Shown here in pieces: positions 18,982-29,203 of a stretch of DNA of 64,000 nucleotides. The notes beneath the pieces were generated by a model. That model had not been told where the DNA came from and did not search any database. It was given only the letters and a program-made list of their open reading frames with translations. The translations under genes were made by a program, and so were the position numbers. This DNA is from an uncultured Candidatus Actinomarina sp. (lineage in GTDB: Bacteria; Actinomycetota; Acidimicrobiia; Actinomarinales; Actinomarinaceae), in assembly GCA_902626065.1 (NCBI GenBank), contig CACODT010000004.1, positions 16,720-80,719 on the forward strand, written 5' to 3'. Numbering within the stretch: position 1 is the stretch's first letter; each line of letters opens with the position of its first letter.

Positions 18982-20177
18982 TAAATTGAGTCTAGAGCGT
19001 CTTTAAATCTTGTGAGGCCTTCCTCTAGATCTTCATCGCTAAGAGCATAAGAGCAACGCAAAAATCCACCTTTTCCAAATACTTCACCAGGAACGAAAGC
19101 AATATAGTGCTTCTCAAGCAACCAATCACAAAGATCAATAGAAGTGGATACTTTCTCAATAATGCCTTTTGTATAATGACTTACATCAGGAAATACATAA
19201 AACGCCCCAGTTGCATTAGGAACTTTTATATTATTTATTGTTTTAAGTAAATCGAGAGCAAAACCTCTTCTTTTATCGAACGCTTTTTTCATTTCATTTG
19301 TACTATCTAATCCATTTTTTAACGCAGAATATGCTGCAACTTGTGAAATGTTAGCAACATTTGATGTTGCATGAGACTGAATTTTTTTGGACAGACCAAT
19401 TATGTCATCATTTGCGATTATCCAGCCGACTCGCCAACCAGTCATTGCGTAAGCTTTCGCAACACCATTTACAACAATCGTTTTCTCTAATTTCTTATCA
19501 ATAGTTGCAGGTGAGGGAGAAGTAACACCTTCATACACCAGATGCTCATAAAGTTCATCAGATAGTACCCATATATTTTTATCAAATGCCCAGTTAAATA
19601 TCTCTACAGCTTCTTCTTTTGTGTATACCACTCCAGTTGGATTTGAGGGAGACACCCAAACCAGAACCTTTGTTTTTTTTGTAAATTTCTTTTCAAGTTC
19701 ATCAATTGTAACTTTGAAGTCATTATCAAATTCTGTGTCTACTATTACAGGTGTTCCGCCTGAAATTTTTACAGCTTCAGGATATGTTGTCCAATAAGGT
19801 GATGGAATTAATACTTCATCTCCTGCGTCTAGTAGGGACATAAATGTAGTAAGTATTGCTTGTTTTCCTCCATTAGTTACAACTACATTATTTGGATCCA
19901 CATCAAAATTTGAATATTTTTTTGTTGTTCTAGCAATTTCATCTCGTAAAATTGACAACCCTCCAACTGCTGAATATTTATGGTATGTTGGATTTTCAGA
20001 TGCAATTTTAACTTCCTCTATAACATGTGCTGGTGTTGGAAAATCAGGTTCCCCGGCACCAAAACCAATTACAGGTTTTCCTTGTTCTCTTAAGATTCTA
20101 GCTTTGTTAGATATCGCCATTGTTCCAGACGGGGTAATATTGTCATTTAATTTTGAAATTTTCACATTTATCTCCAA
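18981..20177 (-). CDS. Class I/II PLP-dependent (aspartate-type) aminotransferase
   Basis: GAGEPDF, TNGGKQA, SPSNPTG, SDELY, NGVAKAYAMTGWRVG. Confidence 0.92.
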   Translation of the reverse strand: MEINVKISKLNDNITPSGTMAISNKARILREQGKPVIGFGAGEPDFPTPAHVIEEVKIASENPTYHKYSAVGGLSILRDEIARTTKKYSNFDVDPNNVVVTNGGKQAILTTFMSLLDAGDEVLIPSPYWTTYPEAVKISGGTPVIVDTEFDNDFKVTIDELEKKFTKKTKVLVWVSPSNPTGVVYTKEEAVEIFNWAFDKNIWVLSDELYEHLVYEGVTSPSPATIDKKLEKTIVVNGVAKAYAMTGWRVGWIIANDDIIGLSKKIQSHATSNVANISQVAAYSALKNGLDSTNEMKKAFDKRRGFALDLLKTINNIKVPNATGAFYVFPDVSHYTKGIIEKVSTSIDLCDWLLEKHYIAFVPGEVFGKGGFLRCSYALSDEDLEEGLTRFKDALDSI

Positions 20178-20234
20178 ATGTTATTTTAACGAAAATTTTC
20201 ATAAACTATCTAAGTGATTAATTAAACTTGAATT

Positions 20235-21071
20235 ATGTCAAAAGTCTTATATGGAAAACCAGTTGCTGACAATCTTGACTCTAAAAGTAAAACTATTTTC
20301 GAAGAATACTTATATAAAAATGACAAATCTCCAGTGTTGACTGCAATTACAGTTGGTGATAATCCAGCATCACTTCTTTACGTATCTGTAAAAGAAAAAA
20401 AAGCAGAGCAATTAGGAGTTCAATTTAATTGGATAAAATTAAATGAGACTACATCAGAAAATGAATTACAAGATACTATTTCAAATCATTCCGAATCGTC
20501 TCAAGGCATGATAATACAGCTTCCGCTACCGAATCATTTGAATATTGAAAAAGTGATTGATTTAATACCAAGTGAAATAGATGTTGACGGCCTTACTACA
20601 TTTAATTTAGGTCAACTTTATTCTGAAAATCTAAATATTATCCCTGCAACATCACTGGCAATTCTAGAATTACTGGCGCATTACGAAATCGAAACGGAAG
20701 ACAAAAACATAGTAATAGCTGGACGTTCAAGGTTGGTTACATCTCCTCTTTCGAAAATATTGAGTTCAAAAAAATATAATGGCAACGTAACTGTAATTCA
20801 TAGTAAAACTTCAAATCCCAAAGAATTTATATCCAAAGCTGATATCTTTATATCTGCTGTTGGAAAATCAAAAATATTTGATAAATCCTATTTCAAAGAA
20901 GGTTCCTATGTAATTGACGTTGGAATCTCTATCGTCGAAGGAAAATCATATGGGGATGTTGATACTACTGATCTTAATAATTATTTAATTGGAAGATCCC
21001 CATATCCTGGTGGTATAGGTCCAATAACTGTTTCTGGATTATATTCAAATCTAGCAAAATTAATTAGCTAG
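20235..21071 (+). CDS. folD: Methylenetetrahydrofolate dehydrogenase/cyclohydrolase
   Basis: VGDNPASLLYV, IQLPLP, DVDG, GRSRLV, IDVGI, GDVD, PGGIGPITV. Confidence 0.92.
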   Translation: MSKVLYGKPVADNLDSKSKTIFEEYLYKNDKSPVLTAITVGDNPASLLYVSVKEKKAEQLGVQFNWIKLNETTSENELQDTISNHSESSQGMIIQLPLPNHLNIEKVIDLIPSEIDVDGLTTFNLGQLYSENLNIIPATSLAILELLAHYEIETEDKNIVIAGRSRLVTSPLSKILSSKKYNGNVTVIHSKTSNPKEFISKADIFISAVGKSKIFDKSYFKEGSYVIDVGISIVEGKSYGDVDTTDLNNYLIGRSPYPGGIGPITVSGLYSNLAKLIS

Positions 21072-22374
21072 CTGCCCACTCTTCTTCAGTAATTTGTGAA
21101 TTTATATCAACATTTCTCAATAAAAGGTACCCAATTACAAAAAATAATGATATACCCGGTAAAGAAAGTCTTGGATTTCCAGTTGAGGCACTTACATAGC
21201 TGTAAATTAAAGGCCCCCAAATCGCTGAAAATCTTGAAATGACTGAGAAGAAGCCCATAAATTCACCTTCTGCACCTTTTGGTAACATTGTTGCATAGAC
21301 ACTTCTACTTACTGACTGCAATCCTCCCATGCCTGTTCCAACAATCACACCTAAAAGTATTACTGGTAAAAGTTGTTGTTCTGGTACAAAATATGCCCCA
21401 TTGCCAGCAACGAAGAAAAGTGCAATGGTAAAAACAAGCGTATTTTTTTGTCCAATTCTACCTGCAAGATATCCCGCTAACCTTGCACCGACAAACGCGA
21501 TGAATTGAACCACTAAATATACAACTATTATTGAAGTTTGATCAAGTAACAAAACTTCACTAAAAAATGGTCCTGCCATATTGATCACTGTCTGAGCCCC
21601 ATCCCAATAAAATATGTAAGCGAGTAAAAAATAAAGTAAAAATGGAAATTTTCTAACTTTTCTCAATGTATTTAAATTTGTTTTCCAACCAGCAGATAAA
21701 TAATTTCTACCCACCGTATTTTCAGATTTTGTTTCATCTATTTTCATTCTTGAAAAGCTAAATATTGAAAACAGTAACCACCATATTCCTGCAAAAGCTA
21801 TGGCTATTCTTGATGCTAGAGAGGTATCAATTCCTAATAATGAAGGTCCAAGTTGGATTACCACTAGGGATAATAAAAGTTGCAATCCCCCTCCTAAATA
21901 TCCAAGAGCATATCCTTTTGCAGATACTTGGTCTATAGTTTCTTCAGTTGTAATATCTTTTAAAACACTGTCATAAAATACATTGGATCCAGTTGCACCT
22001 AATTGTGCTAGAAAATATATTAAAAGTGTTAAAACGACATCACCTGATTGCGCAAAATAGAACGTTGATGCAAATATGGCACCACCATATGCAAAAGATT
22101 TAAATAATCTCATTCTTGATCCAGAAAGATCTGCCATCGCCCCAATTGTTGGCATAATTAAAAAGAAAATAAATAAAACTGAACCTATCGCAAATCCCCA
22201 CACTTCGGCTCCTGTGTATAAATTGCCTCTAAATAAAAATCCTTCCTCTGGTACGACGACACTCACAAAATAAACAGGCATAACTGCCCCAAGAGTGGTT
22301 GTTTCATATGCAGATTTCGCCCAATCATACATGGACCAACCAAAAATTGTTTTTTTATCATTTTTTTCGGTCAT
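21064..22374 (-). CDS. MFS transporter, UMF1/Atg22-like family
   Basis: GWSMYDWAKSAY, NVFYDS, SAKGYALGYLGG, DGAQT, QSVSRS, EFMGFF. Confidence 0.85.
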   Translation of the reverse strand: MTEKNDKKTIFGWSMYDWAKSAYETTTLGAVMPVYFVSVVVPEEGFLFRGNLYTGAEVWGFAIGSVLFIFFLIMPTIGAMADLSGSRMRLFKSFAYGGAIFASTFYFAQSGDVVLTLLIYFLAQLGATGSNVFYDSVLKDITTEETIDQVSAKGYALGYLGGGLQLLLSLVVIQLGPSLLGIDTSLASRIAIAFAGIWWLLFSIFSFSRMKIDETKSENTVGRNYLSAGWKTNLNTLRKVRKFPFLLYFLLAYIFYWDGAQTVINMAGPFFSEVLLLDQTSIIVVYLVVQFIAFVGARLAGYLAGRIGQKNTLVFTIALFFVAGNGAYFVPEQQLLPVILLGVIVGTGMGGLQSVSRSVYATMLPKGAEGEFMGFFSVISRFSAIWGPLIYSYVSASTGNPRLSLPGISLFFVIGYLLLRNVDINSQITEEEWAAS

Positions 22375-22490
22375 GTTACCCCCTTATTTATGACTTTAAT
22401 CTAAATATTTATTCCATGAGGACTAGTTGATAAAAATAAATAAAAAATTAAATTATGCTTTCGATATGCTTTATCAAAGGATGTATATGT

Positions 22491-23582
22491 ATGGGATTTA
22501 AATGTGGGATTGTTGGTTTACCAAATGTAGGAAAGTCAACTCTATTTAATGCTTTAACTGAAGCGGACATTGAATCAGAAAATTATCCCTTCTGTACGAT
22601 CGAACCAAATATTGGTGTAGTACCAGTTGCAGACGAACGTTTAGACCAACTTTCAAATATTGTAAATCCAAAAAAAATAATACCAACCGTAATGGAGTTT
22701 GTAGATATTGCAGGATTGGTAAAAGGGGCATCTAAAGGAGAGGGATTAGGTAATCAATTTTTAGCAAATATTAGAGAAACTGAAGCGATTATCCATGTTG
22801 TTAGAGCTTTTGAGAATGAAGATATTGTGCATGTTGCAGGCAAAGTTTCACCAGTTGATGATATTGAAGTTATAAATACAGAATTAGTTTTAGCTGATCT
22901 AAGTACAGTTGAAAAACTTTATCAAAAAGTATCAAAAAATTTTAAGTCCGGTGAAAAAGATGGATTACTACTAAAAAACTTATTAGAAAAAATACTTACA
23001 AATCTAGAAAATGGTCAAAACCTTAGATCATTAACTTTTACTATTGAAGAAGACAAATTACTTAAAGGTTTTCAATTACTGACCACAAAGCCTGTTTTGT
23101 ATGTTGCAAATGTAAGTGAAAATGGATTTATTGAAAATCAATATCTTGAACAAATTATCAGTTTTGCTGATGATGAAAATGCAAAAGTTGTCGTAATTTG
23201 TGCTGATATTGAGGAAGATATCTCTAAGCTTGAAAATTTGGAAAAAAAAGAATATTTACAAGAATTGGGACAAACTGAAACAGGATTAGACAAACTAGTC
23301 AAAGCTGGATATGAACTTCTAGGGTTAAGAACTTTTTTCACTGCTGGGCCAAAAGAAGTCAGAGCATGGACGATAAATATAGGTGACAAAGCTCCTCAAG
23401 CTGCAGGAAAGATACATGGAGATTTTGAATCAGGATTTATACGTGCGGAAACAATTAGTTTTGAAGATTACATTTCAAACGATGGTGAAAAAGGGGCAAA
23501 AGAAGCTGGAAAATTACGATCTGAAGGTAAAGAATATATTGTAAAGGACGGAGATGTTATGCATTTCTTGTTTAATAACTAA
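22491..23582 (+). CDS. ychF: Redox-regulated ribosome-binding ATPase YchF
   Basis: [52 protein letters not shown] domain. Start set at ATG 22491. Confidence 0.97.
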   Translation: MGFKCGIVGLPNVGKSTLFNALTEADIESENYPFCTIEPNIGVVPVADERLDQLSNIVNPKKIIPTVMEFVDIAGLVKGASKGEGLGNQFLANIRETEAIIHVVRAFENEDIVHVAGKVSPVDDIEVINTELVLADLSTVEKLYQKVSKNFKSGEKDGLLLKNLLEKILTNLENGQNLRSLTFTIEEDKLLKGFQLLTTKPVLYVANVSENGFIENQYLEQIISFADDENAKVVVICADIEEDISKLENLEKKEYLQELGQTETGLDKLVKAGYELLGLRTFFTAGPKEVRAWTINIGDKAPQAAGKIHGDFESGFIRAETISFEDYISNDGEKGAKEAGKLRSEGKEYIVKDGDVMHFLFNN

Positions 23583-23694
23583 TTAAAAAATTGAATACAA
23601 TCATTAAATAATTAAGAAAATATGGGATTTTGCATACAGATAAGTTTTTAAAAGTAGTCCTTTATCAAAATCAGATTTATAGCATAATAAGCAC

Positions 23695-25101
23695 GTGAAA
23701 GTAATAATCGTAGGCGCTCATGGCGAGGCACGCCAACTCATTAATAGAATTAGCACAGGATGGAACATTTCTGTTATTGACATGGATCAAGAAAAGTTAA
23801 GAAATTTTAATCCAAATAGGCAAGTAGAAAAATATCAGGGAGATGGAACTTCAACCCTTGTATTAAAAAAAGCAGGTATTGAAAACGCTAGTGCTTTAGT
23901 AACACTAACCAATGATGATGAAGTGAACTTAGAAATTTTAAAAATTGCAAAACAAAATAATATTTATAGGTTGTCTTCTATAGTTAACGAAGATAAAAAT
24001 TCTCAGCTGTATAAAGATTTAGAAGTTGAGGTTGTTGATCCAGATGTATTAATAGGAAGAAGATTAGAACATATTCTTGAACCAAGAAGAGTGGTATCTC
24101 AAGCATTTGCTGGTGGGAGAGCAGAGGCGATAGAACTTGAAATTAACTCTGATAGTCCAGCTAGAGGAAAAAAACTAAAAGATATAGGTTCAGATTTTTT
24201 TATAGTTGGAGCATTATTAAGAAAAGGAAATGTTGTAATCCCTCATGGTGATACTGAACTTGAAACAGGAGACCTTGTCACAATTGTTTTACAATCAGGA
24301 GCTTTCTCAAATGTTATAAATTTATTTTCAGGCTCAGAGTCTAGATTTCCACTTGAGTTTGGAAAAAATGTCGCTGTATTTCTGAAGAATGATGAAGAAT
24401 TGAAGAATCTCTCCGAGGCAGAATATTTCATCAGAAACACAAAAGCAGATAAATTAGAAATTTTGACCTCAGGCGATATATTTCCTGATCAGAAAGAAGA
24501 TCAAGCAGATACATACAAAGCAATAATGAAAGATCAAGATTTTGAATTACATAATTTACAAAAAACTTTACTTAAAGAAATCGAGAATAATCAAGAATCA
24601 TTCTCTTTTGGAACAATTTTGATACCATTTGATGAAGAAGAAATTACAAAATCCAAATTAAAAGCTTATATCAATTTTTCTAATAAAAACCGTATTCCTT
24701 TCTTGTTTTCAAGAACTTCATTTCCATACAAAAAAATAGGGATACTTGTCAGTGATGATTTTAGTGATAATAGTCCTGTCAATGTAGCTTTTGATTTGGC
24801 ATCAACTTTATCCGCTGATGTTACAGCTTTAAATATATCTCAGCCAAAGTTTCTTCAACAAGAACATGTATCAAAATCAAATAAAAATACCGAAAGAATT
24901 CAGGATTTAGCATTGTCTAATGAAGTACAGTGTGAGATAGTCAATGCTGAAGGGAATGAAGCAAAAGTCTTTTCCTCTTTTACAGATAAAATTGATCTTT
25001 CAATTGTTAGTCAAACTAGTCAGTCCAATTGGCAAGGTAAAAAGATTGCTGAATTTATTCTCCAGAATGCAAAATCTTCAGTTTTATATATACCTAGTTA
25101 A
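23695..25101 (+). CDS. TrkA/KTN (RCK_N + RCK_C) regulator fused to C-terminal USP-like domains
   Basis: N-terminal Rossmann fold, GDGTS..VLKKAGIENA, DEVNL; RCK_C (IPHGDTELETGDLV); about 250-aa USP-like tail (YKKIGILVS...GKKIAEFILQNAKSSVLYIP). Confidence 0.75.
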   Translation: MKVIIVGAHGEARQLINRISTGWNISVIDMDQEKLRNFNPNRQVEKYQGDGTSTLVLKKAGIENASALVTLTNDDEVNLEILKIAKQNNIYRLSSIVNEDKNSQLYKDLEVEVVDPDVLIGRRLEHILEPRRVVSQAFAGGRAEAIELEINSDSPARGKKLKDIGSDFFIVGALLRKGNVVIPHGDTELETGDLVTIVLQSGAFSNVINLFSGSESRFPLEFGKNVAVFLKNDEELKNLSEAEYFIRNTKADKLEILTSGDIFPDQKEDQADTYKAIMKDQDFELHNLQKTLLKEIENNQESFSFGTILIPFDEEEITKSKLKAYINFSNKNRIPFLFSRTSFPYKKIGILVSDDFSDNSPVNVAFDLASTLSADVTALNISQPKFLQQEHVSKSNKNTERIQDLALSNEVQCEIVNAEGNEAKVFSSFTDKIDLSIVSQTSQSNWQGKKIAEFILQNAKSSVLYIPS

Positions 25102-26255
25102 TGGAAAACTTTGACGCTTTATCTCTTGTAATTATTTCCCTAGGTGCTTTTTTATTGCCACTTATTGCACAAAGGATAAGCATTCCAAGCATTGTTTTAG
25201 AAATTGCATACGGAATATTAGTTGGGCCAGTTTTGGGAATAGTGAAGATCTCAGAATTCATATCTGGACTGGCAATATTTGGATTTATGTTATTAATGTT
25301 TCTATCTGGATTTGAAATTGAATTAGATACATTTAGAGAAAAAGGTTTAAAAACTTTATCAATACCTCTTGCAATCTATGTTGCAACTGTTGCAACATCC
25401 TTTTATCTAATAATTACTTTAGATTATCCAATATTTTTGGCACTTGTACTTTGTACTACAAGTGTAGATATTGTTATAACTGTTTTGAGAAGCGATGATA
25501 CGATTAAAACAAATTATGGTCAGTCACTTTTTATGTCTGCTTTGATAGCTGACATATTTACTTTGATTGGAGTAACAGTTTTTGCATCTTTACAACACTC
25601 TGAAGGCTTTTCTATATCTAACTTAAATGTAATTTTGTATTTCTTGATTGTAATTTTAATTCTTAGAATTATTCGAAGAGTTGCTTGGTGGAATCCACAA
25701 ATATTTTCCAGAATGTTTGATGGTAATGATCCAGAGGAAATGGGTATCAGAAGTTCAATAGCTTTAATGCTGACTTTAGTTGGTGTTGCAGTGTTGTTCG
25801 ATATTGAATATATCTTAGGTGCTTTTCTTGCAGGAACTTTATTTGCTTTTACTTTTCCAAATAGAGGAAGTTTAGAAAACAGCCTAAAAGGTTTTTCTTA
25901 TGGATTTCTCATTCCAATATTCTTTATAAATATTGGATTAAATTACGATATTGAAGTTTTTAAAAATACAGAATTTTATATTCAGGTGTTGAGTCTTTTA
26001 GGAATTGCACTAATTGTTAAAATTGTGCCCTCATTATTTCTTATATTTACAAAAATAAAATTAAGACAATTAGTTGCAGGAGGCTTTTTATTAGCTGCAA
26101 GATTTAGCTTAATTATTGCTATGGCTGAGATTGGTGTAGAACTGGAACTTATTTCAAAAGCATTGGAGCAGCAGATTATATTGCTTGCTGTATTGACAGC
26201 AACAATCTCACCAATTTTCTATAGAATTTTTTCTCCAAAATCGACAGAGGCTTAA
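25101..26255 (+). CDS. Cation:proton antiporter (CPA2 family) without a fused KTN domain
   Basis: About 12 TM helices, LMFLSGFE, TTSVDIV, IADIF, GAFLAG, PIFFINIGL. Confidence 0.85.
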   Translation: MENFDALSLVIISLGAFLLPLIAQRISIPSIVLEIAYGILVGPVLGIVKISEFISGLAIFGFMLLMFLSGFEIELDTFREKGLKTLSIPLAIYVATVATSFYLIITLDYPIFLALVLCTTSVDIVITVLRSDDTIKTNYGQSLFMSALIADIFTLIGVTVFASLQHSEGFSISNLNVILYFLIVILILRIIRRVAWWNPQIFSRMFDGNDPEEMGIRSSIALMLTLVGVAVLFDIEYILGAFLAGTLFAFTFPNRGSLENSLKGFSYGFLIPIFFINIGLNYDIEVFKNTEFYIQVLSLLGIALIVKIVPSLFLIFTKIKLRQLVAGGFLLAARFSLIIAMAEIGVELELISKALEQQIILLAVLTATISPIFYRIFSPKSTEA

Positions 26256-26256
26256 A

Positions 26257-27168
26257 TTGAAACAGAGAATTGGTCTTTTCTTTAAAGGTGTTGCGATGGG
26301 GGCTGCAGATATTGTTCCGGGTGTATCAGGAGGAACTATTGCACTTATCACAGGTATATATGAAGAGCTCATTGAATCAATTAAAAATATTAATTTTTCT
26401 TTATTTCAGACATTATTTAAAACCGGATTTAAAGACTTTTGGAAAAAACTTAATGGCAATTTTCTTCTAACGATTTATCTGGGAATAACAGCAGCTGTTT
26501 TTTTGTTAGCTAATTTAATTAGTTATTTACTTTCTAATCATGAATATAAGATATGGGGATTATTTTTTGGATTAGTACTTGCATCAGCCTTTATGATCCT
26601 TAATCAAGTTGAAAAACTTACAAGCAAAAATTTTGTTTACCTAGTTATAGGGATAGTTGTTGCAGGACTTATTTCATTTCTTTCTCCAGCCTCAACTCCC
26701 GAAACACCTATTTTTGTATTTTTATCAGGCTCTATAGCAATTACCGCAACTATTCTCCCAGGAATAAGTGGTTCGTTTATTTTGCTACTTCTTTCAAAGT
26801 ATGAATTTATTATTAATGCAATTAAAAGTTTTGATTTACAAATTTTGTCAGTCTTTGCTCTTGGTTGTATCTTAGGCCTAATTATTTTTAGTAGAGTTTT
26901 ATCATTTATGTTTGCAAATTTTAAGAATGAAATATTATCTCTACTTTCCGGATTTCTTATTGGCTCTCTTATCAAGATATGGCCATTTAGAAATGTTCTT
27001 GAATCAAGAGTAAACAGCGAAGGTGAATTAGAGGCTATTGTAACAAGACCCGAACTACCTAATGCTACCAATGTTGAAGAAATTATATTCTTTCTTGTTT
27101 TTACAATATTTGGATATGTAATAATCAATTTTTTACAAAAGAAATCTTTAGAAGATAATAAAGAATAG
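26257..27168 (+). CDS. DUF368 family membrane protein (putative undecaprenyl-phosphate translocase family)
   Basis: Repeated signature GAADIVPGVSGGTIA and ATILPGISGSFILLL; KIWPF. Confidence 0.88.
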   Translation: MKQRIGLFFKGVAMGAADIVPGVSGGTIALITGIYEELIESIKNINFSLFQTLFKTGFKDFWKKLNGNFLLTIYLGITAAVFLLANLISYLLSNHEYKIWGLFFGLVLASAFMILNQVEKLTSKNFVYLVIGIVVAGLISFLSPASTPETPIFVFLSGSIAITATILPGISGSFILLLLSKYEFIINAIKSFDLQILSVFALGCILGLIIFSRVLSFMFANFKNEILSLLSGFLIGSLIKIWPFRNVLESRVNSEGELEAIVTRPELPNATNVEEIIFFLVFTIFGYVIINFLQKKSLEDNKE

Positions 27169-27187
27169 ATTAAGTTAAAATTAAATT

Positions 27188-27325
27188 ATGAGATTAGGAC
27201 TACCTGAATTACTTATAATTTTATCGATTTTATTGTTACTTTTTGGAGCAAAGAGACTCCCGGGTTTGGCAAGATCCTTAGGTAAATCAACTAGAGAGTT
27301 TAAAACTGGCCTAGAAGAAGAATAA
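27188..27325 (+). CDS. tatA: Twin-arginine translocase TatA/E subunit (45 aa)
   Basis: My translation: MRLGLPELLIILSILLLLFGAKRLPGLARSLGKSTREFKTGLEEE (FG..RLP..ARSLGK..REFK signature). Below the ORF-track cutoff. Confidence 0.92.
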   Translation: MRLGLPELLIILSILLLLFGAKRLPGLARSLGKSTREFKTGLEEE

Positions 27326-27327
27326 AC

Positions 27328-27615
27328 ATGAAAAAAACAATCTTATTGTTTCTCTTGTTGTTTATTGCGTGCGGAGCTCAAGAAACTGTTGAACTTACTG
27401 GTGGTAAAGAGATTTATACTGCTAGATGTTCAGCTTGTCACCAGGATGACTTTTCAGGAAGAGTAGGTCCTAGTTTAAAAACTGCTTCTGTACTCAACAA
27501 ACCAGATTCATATTGGCTTCAAACGATTCTGAAAGGGAAAGGTTCTATGCCAGCAGTACGTATAACAGAAGAGCAAGCACAAATAGTTATTGATTACATA
27601 AGAGAATCAAATTAG
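27328..27615 (+). CDS. Monoheme cytochrome c lipoprotein
   Basis: Signal peptide with lipobox FIAC, heme motif CSACH, GPSL, distal Met in GSMPA. Confidence 0.85.
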   Translation: MKKTILLFLLLFIACGAQETVELTGGKEIYTARCSACHQDDFSGRVGPSLKTASVLNKPDSYWLQTILKGKGSMPAVRITEEQAQIVIDYIRESN

Positions 27616-29150
27616 TTTCTTTCATTATTTTTATTCATAATTTTTAAATTTGTAACAACAGAATCTAAACTAGATAAATTTTCTATTCTCCATTTCCAAT
27701 TATTTTCAGTGGTTCCTGGAACATTAAATCTCGCACTACTGCCAAGTTGAAGTAAATCTTGTACAGTTGTTAATGCCAATTGACATGGAGATTCCCACAT
27801 TAATGATATAAAATTCCAAACATCACTATCAAACTTGTTATTCAATCTTTCCGTATATTTATTAAAGTTTAAAATCTGAGACTTACTTGCTTCATTTAAC
27901 CACTGTTTAATTGTCGGACTGTCATGAGTTCCGGTATATGCTGCTAAATTATATTCCCAATCTTTTGGATGAGTTTCTTCAAAATAGTCATCAGACGCTT
28001 CTTCAAATAATTTATTTTGATTTACAACTTCACTATCTCCTTGAAATGGAAGCCCATCATTGTCGTCTGGAATTCTTTGTTGAAGAACTTTCATACCTGG
28101 GATATTGTATTTATTTAGTACAGATTTAGTTTCTTTTAATATCACACCTAAATCTTCTGCTAACAATTTACTGAGATCTACAGTATTGGAAATATTTTCA
28201 AAAAAATCACTTTTTGGTCCTTCTTTCCAACTCCCTTTTAGTGCTGAGTCACCTTTTTTTATGACCCAATATTTAAAGAACCCAACAAAATGATCAATTC
28301 TTAGATAATCATAAAGATCTAAAGTTTTGTTTAATTTATTTGTCCAGTATTCATAGTTATTTAATTTATGAGTTTCCCAGTTGTAAAGACAATTATTCCA
28401 GACTTGCCCCTCCCTGTTAAAACTATCTGGAACGGCTCCTGAAACAAAAGACATTTCTCCATGCTTATCAAGTTCAAATATTTCTTTGTTCAACCAAACA
28501 TCGGCAGAATTATGGTTTACATAGATTGGTATATCACCAAGAATATGGATGTGTTTTTTATTTGCATATTCTTTTAATCTTTTCCACTGTTTAAAAAATT
28601 CAAATTGGGTAAAGATGTGAAATTTCGTTAAATTCATATCACTTTTTGAAATATGTTCGAACAAACTTTCACTATAATTTTTTTGATGTTCTTCCCAATT
28701 TGACCAGCTAGACTGTTTATTTTTATCCCTGAGCACAATGTAAGTGATATGTTTTCTAATTAGGTCATCGTTAATAAAATCAAAGTATGTTGAATCATTT
28801 ATATCAATATTCTCTGATATTTTTTTAAATATTGAATCTTTAAATTCATAAACGTTCTTATAATCTACTGATTTGTTATCAAATTTTTTATCTGACAACA
28901 TTGGGTCATAATCGATTAGTTGTTTTAAGTCTATCAAATATCTATTTCCGAGGATTGATGATGGACTTGAATACGGAGAATATTCCTTATCACTTGTTAA
29001 CCCCAATGGGAGAACTTGCCAAATTTTTGTTTCTGTTGTCTCTAAAAAATTTATAAATTCTTTTGCTTCACTACCAAAATCTCCAATTCCATAACGAGAT
29101 GGTAATGCTGATGGATGAAATATAATTCCTGACGATTTTTTAATATCCAA
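27612..29150 (-). CDS. malQ: 4-alpha-glucanotransferase (GH77 amylomaltase)
   Basis: HPSALPS, WQVLPLG, SPYS, GDIPIYV, RIDHF, AEDLG, TGTHD, RFNVPGT. Confidence 0.93.
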   Translation of the reverse strand: MDIKKSSGIIFHPSALPSRYGIGDFGSEAKEFINFLETTETKIWQVLPLGLTSDKEYSPYSSPSSILGNRYLIDLKQLIDYDPMLSDKKFDNKSVDYKNVYEFKDSIFKKISENIDINDSTYFDFINDDLIRKHITYIVLRDKNKQSSWSNWEEHQKNYSESLFEHISKSDMNLTKFHIFTQFEFFKQWKRLKEYANKKHIHILGDIPIYVNHNSADVWLNKEIFELDKHGEMSFVSGAVPDSFNREGQVWNNCLYNWETHKLNNYEYWTNKLNKTLDLYDYLRIDHFVGFFKYWVIKKGDSALKGSWKEGPKSDFFENISNTVDLSKLLAEDLGVILKETKSVLNKYNIPGMKVLQQRIPDDNDGLPFQGDSEVVNQNKLFEEASDDYFEETHPKDWEYNLAAYTGTHDSPTIKQWLNEASKSQILNFNKYTERLNNKFDSDVWNFISLMWESPCQLALTTVQDLLQLGSSARFNVPGTTENNWKWRIENLSSLDSVVTNLKIMNKNNERN

Positions 29151-29203
29151 TTGAAACCCTTCTCATAAAGTATATAGTAAAATACTTATTCATATTACAT
29201 ATT

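Noticed and set aside
22427-23669. TTGATAAA/TTTATCAA inverted pair upstream of ychF (22427, 22470) and a CTTTATCAAA direct repeat flanking it (22469, 23660)
   Set aside because: Short AT-rich matches that could arise by chance. They would need conservation or an empty-site allele to count as an operator or insertion scar.
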